From contig WELB01000005.1 in assembly GCA_009602725.1 (NCBI GenBank), forward strand, positions 643,109 to 707,108: DNA of 64,000 bases, written 5' to 3'. The position numbers and the translations under genes were made by a program. How positions within the stretch are numbered: the first letter of the stretch is position 1; each line of letters starts with the position of its first letter. The notes below the pieces were generated by a model. That model was not told the origin of the DNA. It worked only from the letters and a program-made list of their open reading frames with translations, and searched no databases. This DNA comes from Spirogloea muscicola (Eukaryota). Shown piece after piece: positions 17,036 to 26,496 of this stretch.

Positions 17036-18110
17036 CCCTTGAGTCGTCTCTGGGGGGTCAGCCCGTTGCGTCGTCTCTGGGAGGCCAGCCACTGATGATC
17101 CTTGTGTCGTCTCTGGGGCGCTCTTTGAATGACCAGGTGTCGACTCTGGGGCGCTCTTTGATTGTAGGATATTTAAGCCAGTACATGATCTTTGCCACAG
17201 ATGACAGAGGCATAGATTGACACACCATATGTGTCCCATTTGCTGCCCAAACTTAGAGCGCTCCTTATGTCGTCTCTGGGGCACTCGAAGCTTGTAGAAT
17301 GTAACAGGCCCTTCCTCTGGACTTCCGTGCTGTTCTTTGAGAACGGGAGGACTGTTCCTGTGCGTGTCATGAAGTCAGCGATAATAGGGATCACATGTCC
17401 TCGAGTGCACGGGCTGCTGCTTCTATGCCAAGGTTTGCCTCCACGTCAGCTACATCTTTCGATGTAATTGTTGGACTATCTACGCTGGCTCTTGAGACGG
17501 CAAGTATAGATGAGCCTCTGGTAACACAGAGGCCTTCTTGGACATCACATGATATTATCTCGGGTACACCGCAGATTCTTGTTGTAATATTAGATATCCA
17601 CTGAGAGATGTACTTCCTGTCTGGCAAGTTCAAATCTATCATTTCCATGAAATCTGGTGACACAGCACGTGCAGCTAAAGGACAGCTCAGCGAGCTTGCT
17701 CAAAGTGAGCCCATATTCTCTAAGCCTAACGTAGTCTATGTACACCCTTAGTATCTCCCCTGTGTGCATCTCTTCACCTAGGGTTATGTACCATAAGTTC
17801 TCCAATTCAGGGAGCTCTGTGAGGCTGCTCCTATGCCAACAACAAACCACCTGAGGTCTCTCCCCACTATATCCCTCTTAAGCTTGCGGTTGTCTTGGTT
17901 CTGCACTAGATTGAAGGCCATGCTAGAGTTTTCGCTCATATACTTAGAGTCCACTGCATCTGCAACAGAAGGCTTCTGTCTCGCATCTTGCTGACCAGAC
18001 ATGCCAGCTGTGTGGAAGTGACTAAGGCTCCTCTGGGTAGCAGACCGCAGTATATTCTGTGTGATCCTTATCCCAATGGGTGCATTGCAGCTGCAACAGG
18101 CCTCTCTTCT
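16994..18110 (-). pseudogene. Divergent intronless RNA polymerase largest-subunit (Rpb1/beta'-like) C-terminal part, frameshifted, probably NCLDV-derived
   Basis: Collinear motifs: PIGIRITQNILRSATQRSLSHFHTAG (trigger loop, cf. [28 protein letters not shown]), ILRVYID, ICGVPEI, VTRGSSI, VD...TSKDVADVEANLGIEAA, IIADFMTRTG, SFE, SVICG-RSCTG. At least four frame changes; no introns and no YSPTSPS heptads. Confidence 0.85.
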
Positions 18111-18203
18111 TCATCTTCATCTTGCTGACCAGACATGGCAGCTGTGTGGGAGGGTCATATACTGAAAAATCGTGTGTAGCACGCGATCAATTACGCGAGC
18201 AAG

Positions 18204-19200
18204 ATGAGTAATCAGGAGGAGAGAGATAGAGAGGTGAGGTTGGGCCTTATCAAGAGTGCACAGAAGACACAGGAAGATCTGGTGTACACCGTTGTTTTGG
18301 ATACTTGCAACGAGATGATATCTGCAGGCTAAACGAGGGCACAGTGCTAGAGTGTGCCAATGCAGTAGTTAGCAGGTATTTTAGTGATGGGATGCGCAAG
18401 AAGCCTGCGCCTAGAGCTACTCGACCACATGTGAATGCAGTTACTGCATGCAGAAGGTTGAGGCAGAATGTGCACAGGAATATAGAGTGGGTATTCCATC
18501 CGACCAATGAGGCATATTCCTATTCTGCTGATATACAATTAGCCAATGGATACCCACTAAAGAGCAACGTAACCGGCAAGGTTGTGGGAATTGAGGACAA
18601 TGAATCTTGCAAGGCACTCACAGCAGATGATACTAGAGTAGCTGTCTCAGGGTATGGACGTAGAATGTGAGAGCGTAGTGAAGAGCTAGTAGCTTTTAAG
18701 ATGGTCTCTTTAAATGCTCTTACGAGGCTAGTCTGCGTGTGCAAGAGGGAACTCGTTAATGGCCTCATGTATGTACACCTGAGAGAGCTGGATGCGTATC
18801 CTAACCTCTTTGGCAGACTTCCTTAGGGACAGATATGGTGAAGGCGGGCCTAGTAACAGCAGCCCTGCAACCTGTGATATCTACATGGGCGTCGGTTGTG
18901 TATGCATGAGAATACATCTTGCTGTCGTTAGAGTGTATCAGATTCGTGTACAATATGGAGTACCCCTGCATGTCTTTGATGGGGAAATGTGCTTCTGAGC
19001 CTGTAAGATTCTCTACTCTAGACTTGATTGATGCAAAAGAATCGTAAAGAAGGCTGTGGAAAGTGTTCTCGGCATTCAGAATGAACTGAGCGCCGTATCT
19101 GTGCGTTTCAATACGTGCCCCAGCCCACGCAAAGGGATCCTTATGGACTCCCCTGCACTTTATGTAGGCCTCAGCATTCCTTGGCACAATTATCAATAAT
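18204..19200 (+). pseudogene. Decayed intronless ORF(s) of the same foreign island; the 5' part resembles the Rpb1 bridge helix
   Basis: MSNQEERDREVRLGLIKSAQKTQE, then after a 2-nt shift SGVHRCFGYLQRDDICRLNEGTVLECANAVVSRYFSDG; the remainder is unrecognised and interrupted by stops. Confidence 0.4.
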
Positions 19201-19329
19201 GGACAAGGTCCAAAGGGGACGGAAAATGCTAGAACAAATAGCTGCACGAACGCCACGAAGGACGGCACTTTGTAGCATCAGAGCCCCCCTCAGCATGGCT
19301 GCGGACGAGGGCTGAACGAATGCCGGACT

Positions 19330-19640
19330 GCCGCGCCAGGCAGCGGCTGAGGTCAGCCACCCGGCAAAGGGAAGGCGCGCGCGGTAGGCATAAAGGGAGG
19401 CCTAGCGAGCCAGTAAGTTGTAGAGGCAAGGAGCTAGTGCAGTGAGTAGGGTACACAGAAACAGAAGAGGCTCTTTCACAGGATAGAGCTCTACTAGAAG
19501 CAAGCGTTGGCTTTAAAAGGCCAGTAGAGAAGGACAAAGGACAAGGAAAGAAGGCGCTTGACGCGCATGAAATCGAAGGGAGAGGGAAAGACATATCTTT
19601 AAGCATGTAAGGCATGGCTGTGAGAGGCCAGCCCAAAGAA
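19330..19640 (-). mobile_element. Degenerate CRE-type fragments and 3' ends
   Basis: Reverse complements of the family-D end (AGAAGGCGC...GCGCATGAAAT near 19550-19575) and of the GGGCTGGCCTCTCACAGCC hairpin (about 19615-19635). Confidence 0.55.
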
Positions 19641-20165
19641 ACGTACAAGGTCTGGAGGCCATGGTGAGGCCAACAGAGAGTTCAGCGCATTCGGCTCCTG
19701 CGACCCTTGTTTCACGTTATAATTCGTGCTGGTTGATTACAGCCCTCGCCTCTTCGGAAGTGCTCACTTCCTTCGCTCAGTGTGAAGAACGCGGCAACAC
19801 AAAGCGAAGGTATACGAGGGCGAGGCAACTGCGTGCCCCATCTTGGCGGCCGGCCGAGGAGGCCTTGCGGCCGAGGAGGCCGGGTTCCCTCGGTCAAAGG
19901 CGGGGTCGTGACCACGTCGGAAAAAATGTGCCGGCCAGCCAAGCGTGTGAGGGTGGGGGACATGGGATGGGGTGCGTGGGGAACATGAGGAAGTGAGCGT
20001 GGGGAAGGTAATACCGGCAATGCGATAATTTAGTACAGGGAGAGTATACCGCGGACAGCCGCCCGGACAGCCGCCCTGACAGGCCGGTCAGCGCGGACAT
20101 TGGGACCCAAGATATTGCGCTGGCTGGGCGGCCGGGCAACGTTCCCCACGTCTTTCTGGCGCAGA

Positions 20166-21050
20166 AAGCAAGCGCGGCCAGATTAAGTGGTGGCTGGGAG
20201 AGGCCAGCCCAAAGAATGGACAAGGTCTGAAGGAGTCGGAGTGCTAAGGACTGAGACAGCAGTAAGCGAACTCTCAGTAACCTCTCGTCAGTAGATGCAA
20301 ATCTGAGTAGCTAGCAGGCGGAAAGACGTCGCCCTGACGGAAGCCGGAGGCCGCCGCCAGAGCGCGGCCTGCGCGCAAGTGGACCGCAAAAGCTAGGGAC
20401 CGCTGCAAAGAGACGGCCAGGCGCATCCGGAAAATTTGGGCGAGGGACCCGGCGACATGGAAGCCAGGCTGCTCGCCCTGCTGCCCGTGACGGCGGGCCG
20501 CTGCTCGCCGCGCAAGGCGGTGAAGGAGGTCTAGCCATTTGGCGCCAAAGGCGCCGTGTACGTCGACGGCGAGTGGGATAAACTCGTCGCCTACCGGGTG
20601 ATCCGAGTACTTGCGCTCCTTTGCGGCGGCCGCTTGGCGGACAGCGTAGCCCGCCTCCTCCGCCGAGCGTGTTGCGCTCCTGCAATCCAAGGAGTCCGTT
20701 GTGACGACGTCGGCAATGAGCCGAGGCCCCCCGCCGAGCGCGCTAACGACGAGATCGGCGCGCCGGGTGTGGAGGCGGCCGTCCGCCCCAGCTGTCAGAG
20801 GCATGATGCTGGAGTTCTCCAGCGCCACAGTGTAACCGGCTTCGACAAATATGCCGAACATCGCGTTCCGGAGCAGGTCGTGTGTGCCGGTCTGCTCCCC
20901 TCCCCGTGCGCATCGGAGCATGTGAGCCGCCAGTGACGCCGCGTCCGGGCTGCGCTCGCCGCACTCGCATTGTTGTACTCCACCTAGGCATGGTGGGTGG
21001 AGGCCGAGTAGTTGGTGCACCGCCGTTCGGAATGCGTCGCAGACGCGCGC
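20166..21050 (-). mobile_element. 5'-truncated CRE-type retrotransposon, family B, open Zn knuckle + endonuclease frame
   Basis: CECG...HMLRC...HDLLR, RRADLV, IADVVT, KERKY, FIPLAVDVHG, ending SYSDLHLLTRGY* (ORF 20274-21071); 3' UTR ends GGCCGCGCTTGC. Confidence 0.92.
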
Positions 21051-21159
21051 ACACGAAGCGCATCGCATCAAGCTACATTAGCACCGACATTACTGCCGCC
21101 GGCAGCCGGCCAGGTGAGAGGCTGCCTATGATCAATGAGATTGGCCCCAGCAAGAAATT

Positions 21160-21660
21160 GCTCGCCCATAGAAAATGAGGGGTAGCAAAGCCAGCCCAGA
21201 AAAGAAGGAAAAATATCCAATATCCACCAGGGCGCCAGCTCCAGGCACAGAAAGGTCCATTGGGTCAGCCCACCACCGGGTCCCTTCATTCTGTGGGCTG
21301 GCTTTCCGGCATCGTTTTGGCTTTTTGGATTCTGTCCATACTTTAGGGCTGGCCTCTGCCAGCCCTAAAAGCCCCGTCATTTGGCCTCGTCGAGCCTTTG
21401 TCAATTCTTTCCGGGCTGGCTTTTCACAGCCCTTGCCCCCATTGGGAGTGCCACTTCTCTGCCAGCCCCAATCTCTATGGGCGCGCAATTTCTTATTTTG
21501 AGGGATGTCTTCTTACTGAAGAAGTGCGCGCCCAAAGAGAAGAGGGGCTAGCATAGCCAGCCCAAAAAGGAATGGACAGTGTCCAAAGCCAAAGAAAGAG
21601 GAGCCGGAGTTCTTACTGACTAGAGGTTACTGAGAGCCTTGCTGCCGTCTTAGCACTTAG
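21160..21660. mobile_element. Cluster of isolated CRE 3'-UTR modules in both orientations
   Basis: At least four GGGCTGG...CAGCCC hairpin modules of families A, C and E-like. Confidence 0.75.
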
Positions 21661-21669
21661 TACCTTGCT

Positions 21670-22422
21670 TTCCGATGCGCATGGGGAGGGGAGCGGTACC
21701 GGCACACACGACCTGCTCCGGAACGCGATGTTCGGCATATTTGTCGAAGCCGGTTACACTGTGGCGCTGGAGAACTCCAGCATCATGCCTCTGACTGCTG
21801 GGGCGGACGGCCGCCTCCACACCCGGCGCGCCGATCTCGTCGCTAGCGCGCTCGGCGGGGGGCCTCGGCTCATTGCCGACGTCGTCACAACGGACTCCTT
21901 GGATTCCAGGAGCGCAACACGCTCGGCGGAGGAGGCGGGCTACGCCGTCCGCCAAGCGGCCGACGCAAAGGAGAACAAGTACTCGGATCACCCGGTAGGC
22001 GACGAGTTTATCCCACTCGCCGTCGATGTACACGGCGCCTTTGGCGCCAAATGGCTGGACCTACTTTCACCGCCTTGCGCGGCGAGCAGCTGCCCGCCGC
22101 CACGGGCAGCAGGGCGAGCAGCTTGGCTTCCATGTCGCCGGGTCCCTCGCCCAAGTTTTTCGGATGCGCCTGGCCGTCTCTTTGCAGCGGTCCCTAGCTT
22201 TTGCGGTCCACTTGCGCGCAGTCCGCGCTCTGGCGGCGGCCTCCGGCTTCCGTCAGGGCGACGTCTTTCCGCCTGCTAGCTACTCAGATTTGCATCTACT
22301 GACGAGAGGTTACTGAGAGTTCGCTTACTGCTGTCTCAGTCCTTAGCACTCCGCCTCCTTCAGACCTTGTCCATTCTTTTGGGCTGGCCTCTCCCAGCCA
22401 CCAGTTAATCTGGCCGCGCTTG
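21670..22422 (+). mobile_element. 5'-truncated CRE-type retrotransposon, family B (one frameshift)
   Basis: Nearly identical to 20166-20920 in inverted orientation; ends SYSDLHLLTRGY* plus the family-B 3' UTR. Confidence 0.92.
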
Positions 22423-22424
22423 CC

Positions 22425-23167
22425 CTTTTTGCTTTGGACATTGTCCATTCTTTGTTGGGCTGGCTTTGCCAGCCCCTCTTCTCTATGGGCGCGCACTTCT
22501 TTTGCGCCATCGGGCTCCTTCAAACCTTGTCCATTCCTTTGGGCTGGCCTCTCACAGCCACCAGTCAACCTGGCAGCGCTTTCTTGATTTTTATCAATAA
22601 CCCTCGCCCCCTCTGAAACAGCTGCTACTTCTTGTTCTTTGCATTTATTATAGTGGTACGGATGAGGGGCCGGTCCTATTACGACGGGCACAAGCTGGCC
22701 AGCTTGGACGGAAGCCCAATATGAGAGACGGCGCGGCTGCTTTGCCCCTAGTAGTGTAGTCCTTTTTCCGGCTCCTCTTTCTTTGGCTTTGGACATTGTC
22801 CGTTCTTTTTTGGGCTGGCTTTGCCAGCCCCTCTTCTCTATGGGCGCGCACTTCTCTCTTTGCCCCTGCGTCCACGCTTTTCTCTCCGGCTCCTTCAGAC
22901 CTTGTCCATTCCTTTTGGGCTGGCCTCTCCCAGCCCAGAAAGCTGGGCGAGCTCTAGTTGGTGGCAGAAGGGCTTCGTATCTGCCATCTAGTGTCCAGGC
23001 ATCGGTTAGCGACCTTTATGTTTTGACCCGTGGTTACTGAGCGGGTCAATCTACTGTCACTTATGTAGGTCTTGAATTGTGCTTGCCTTTGTACTTGGCC
23101 ATTTGGCCTTCGTTTGTTTCAAATACACGATATTCCTAGCCACCACTTAATCTGGCCGCGCTTGCTT
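22425..23167 (+). mobile_element. Chain of CRE 3' ends (families A, B and a ...SDLYVLTRGY* variant)
   Basis: Repeated TTGTCCATTC..GGGCTGGC modules at about 22440, 22530, 22795 and 22900; LTRGY* at 23023-23040; family-B terminus at 23140-23165. Confidence 0.8.
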
Positions 23168-23264
23168 CATTGATGGACAGAATGCCCGCAAATGTTCATG
23201 TTATCTGACCATCTCAGAAAAAGGTTTCCCTCGTGTTAGGCAGTATATCCTTGCCATCAGGTTA

Positions 23265-23667
23265 GAGCGGGGTTACACCGGGTCGGTCGGCCATACTGGT
23301 TTAGACCGGGTCAAGGGGGTGTCGCTGCCACGGAAGCCGAGGCCGCCTGCAAGGGCGGATGCGTATTCGACTTTTCTTGTATTTGGAGCGCTTGGTGCCA
23401 GCTGTCCATTTTCGGGCGGTGTCGGGGTTGGGGGGTGGCTGGTGGACGGAATCGAGACCACCTCGGGAGGTGGTCCCGATTCCGGCCGCCCTCGTAGCAA
23501 ACGCGCGCCTTTCCTCCGCACAGAAGGCGTCCTGGTCAGCGCCCGATGTGGCGCCCCCGTGGCGTGCGACCACGACCCGGCCCGCGCCTGTGTAACGCCA
23601 GTCATTCCATACAATGCGCGACACGTACCCCTCGGCGCGGTCGACCGACCCGGAGTAACCCGGCCCC
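23265..23667. mobile_element. PIF/Harbinger-type (Tourist-like) MITE, 403 bp
   Basis: Imperfect TIRs GAGCGGGGTTACACCGGGTCGGTCG / CGACCGACCCGGAGTAACCCGGCCCC; TTA duplicated on both sides; empty site CATCAGG-TTA-GCAGCC in the paralogous copy at about 24085-24100. Confidence 0.85.
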
Positions 23668-23845
23668 TTAGCAGCCTAGTGTGTAGGTCGCCGGGTGGAA
23701 GTTAATTACCTGTGGGTTCACTGCTCCCTGCAGCACTCTACATCTTGCCACCCGAACACAAGCTGATTAAGCGCCCGATTACAATTCAAGCCAATACATT
23801 GTTCAGGCAGAATCTAGTGCAGGATGAACAAGGCTACATAAAGCA

Positions 23846-23930
23846 GAAGAAGGGCTCGCCCATTGAGGATAGAAAGCTGGAAAAAGCCAGCCCAAGAATG
23901 AACAAAGGACGAGAAGGGGCGAGGCCACTA
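23846..23930 (-). mobile_element. CRE 3'-UTR module, family E
   Basis: Reverse complement of ...GTTCATTCTTGGGCTGGCTTTTTCCAGC...ATCCTCAATGGGCGAGCCCTTCT; homologous to 37210-37303 and 41108-41148. Confidence 0.75.
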
Positions 23931-25719
23931 AGAAAAACAAGCACAGGAAGAAACTAAGCAGCTAACGGAAGCCCCAATATGAGAGACGGAGCGGCTGCTT
24001 TGATGCACACAATGCCCGCTAATGTTCATTTTACCTGACCATCTCATCAAAAGTTTCCCCTCGTGTTTGGCAGTATGTCCTTGCCATCAGGTTAGCAGCC
24101 TAATTTATAGGTCGCCGGTTGGAAGCTAATTACCTTTGGTTTCACTGCTCCCTGTAGCACTTACATCTTGCCACCCGATTACAAGCTGCAGCGTCTGGCT
24201 GCTGTAGGTGCGACACTTCGCCGAGGGGCCAGCCGGAATATGCATCTGCACATGCAAAGGGTTTCCCGCTTGTAGCCCCTCGCCTTTAGCTGCTAAATGT
24301 TCAAAATCGCCACACCTTGGTCTTTCCAAATTGTGGGTTTAGCTGGGAGCTGCGTCATACTTGGCCGCAATTTTCTTGCTGTAACATGGCCTGCTACATA
24401 CACTTGCCTTTATCGCTTTTTCTCGGAGAAAGAGAACAGCGCTTTTTCTTAGGTTTCCTTGTCATCTTCGTCATTCTTGCCGGCAAAGTATATTAGCAAT
24501 AGAACCCAAACCCAGAGGAAACGGGCCAAAAGCACAGGCTCCCCTAGCGCCCCATTTGTCAAAAAGCCAACTGACCGTCACTGTGGTGATGTGCAAAGCA
24601 CCATGTCCTTTAAAACTAATGAACTTGCCAATGTATATTGCACGTCCAGGTCTTGGAGTGCAATTCGTGCCCTGTTAGCCAAAGAGAAGTGGCTCTCTCA
24701 ATTGGGGCAAGGGCCCGAAAAGGATCGACAAGGTCCGAGGGCAAAGGGCATGGGGTCTAAGAGCTATAAGAGCTTTTAGAGCCACTCTGTGTCTAAGGGT
24801 GTCTTGTGACGGACACGTCATATCAGTGATATAATGTCGAAGGTCATAGAAGTATCTTAGCCTGATCATATGTTTGTAGAGACGATGCTTGGGCTTCGCC
24901 GACAACTCCCAGAAGGCACGTGCCACCATCTGGACACCACTGCCACCGCCAGGCCAACGCTTCCGGACACTTGCCCAGGCAGTGGCACCGTCACGGCCGC
25001 CGCCAGGCGAGGGCTCCGATCACCTGGCCCTGGCGGCGGCACCGCGTCAGGGACCCTCCCATATGGAGGGCTCCCTTCCTTGTATCAGACAGTTCTTGGC
25101 TGACGCCCACTCCATTCCAGGTCTGCATTAGCGCTGCCTTGGCTCCGGCTGCTTAACCCACAATCGTTACACCCTTGCCGTTTCAGTCTGTAGACCAACG
25201 AAACCCACGAAAGGTCACAAGGCGACGGCGTGGCGGAAGGCACGCTGCCGCGCTGGCGGCGTCAGAGCACAAGCCCCTGCAGCATCTTCTTCGTGGCGCC
25301 GCTTCGCCATCGTTGCGCAAGGAGGGGCTGCTCCCCACGCCGCCCGTCAGACGGTGCGTGTGGGCTGGCCGGTTCTCGCCACGACCGCCTCGAGCGGGCC
25401 GCCGCCTCCTCACCTTCGCCGACGGCAGTCTTGGTGGGGGGTCCCATGAAACGTGGGAGCGGGGCCGGGCCCACGGTCGGGCAGGCGGCGATTTCGCGAG
25501 GCGTAAGGGACAGAACGCGCCGCCGGCGGCCAGGAGGTCCGCACGGAACGCGGGGGCGTGCTGTCCGAAAGCCCACGCGCGGCAGGGCCCGGCGCCCCCC
25601 CGCACCCGCAGAGGACGATGCCCCGTGGCCCCCCCCTCCATCAATCTCCCCCGGTTCCTCTCCCCTGCTGTTGGCTGGCCTTGCGGCAGCCACCGCCCCG
25701 AGCTGAAACGAGCGAGCCT

Positions 25720-26180
25720 CTCTGGTGGTTTGGCTCCTCAGCTGAGCTCGTCAGATGTGCATGTGCTCACTCGGGGATATTTGATGTCCCCCTTGGCTAG
25801 CTCATTACCTCGTAGCAGGACATCTGTAAGGCCAGGTTTGGCCTCCCTTTCCTACTTCATGCGCACCGCGCGCGCCCCCTCTCTCGCCTCTCTCCGTCCG
25901 TACTCCAAAGCTTGTCCAGGGCCGCACGTCCGGTACCAGCAGCCGCAGTCTCTGTCGTTCCCAGCCCCCGCCCCATCGGTTCTGGCCTTCTCTGCAGCGA
26001 GCTACTCAGACCTGATGTTGCTCACTCGTGGGTACTGAGCTTTCCTCTGCGTCGTTTCTGTGTTCTGCTGTATGTTGTAGTGTAGTCCTTTCTCCGGCTC
26101 CTCTTGCTTTGGCTTTGGACATTGTCCATTCTTTTTTGGGCTGGCTTGGCCAGCCCCTCTTTTCTATGGGCGCGCTCTTC
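25720..26180 (+). mobile_element. Tandem CRE 3' ends: family D (SSDVHVLTRGY) then family A (SYSDLMLLTRGY*)
   Basis: Both C-terminal peptides and their family-specific 3' UTRs read directly. Confidence 0.85.
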
Positions 26181-26496
26181 TCTCTGCCCAGCCAGAGGGG
26201 GGCCTGCCAGCGCCCAGCCCGCCTCTCCCCACACTCTCTCCCTCGCGCTGCCGCCGCCGTGCCGCCCCACGTCTGCTCCCGCTGCGGGCCGCCCAGCCCT
26301 CCCTCAGCCCCTTCGCCTCGCCGCCGCGCTGCGCCTGCAACTTGGGTATCAGCAGTCCGCCCTGCCAGCTGACCCCGCAAGCCCGAGGTCGCGGCGAGGT
26401 AGTGGGAACTGGGCATCTGCGGCCCTCCACGGCGGCCGCGGCAGCCGCCGCCCTCGGGCGAGGCCCGCGCGGAACCGGACTGCCCAGCTCGGCGGC

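Larger units (their letters stand above)
22711..24190 (+). repeat. Local tandem duplication of an approximately 220-bp unit; first copy split by insertions
   Basis: Intact copy at about 23968-24190; homologous pieces at 22711-22744, 23171-23264 and 23668-23765. Confidence 0.8.

Noticed and set aside
18801..19268. 155-aa minus-strand ORF with VDITGCRAAVT..ISVP, faintly like Rpb1 VDFSARTVIT..VGVP
   Set aside because: No following NADFDGD region and too few matches; may be a shadow of the decayed + strand ORF.
25175..26038. 287-aa ORF and overlapping Arg/Ala/Pro-rich ORFs
   Set aside because: GC-rich open frames that run through two retrotransposon ends; no coherent domain.
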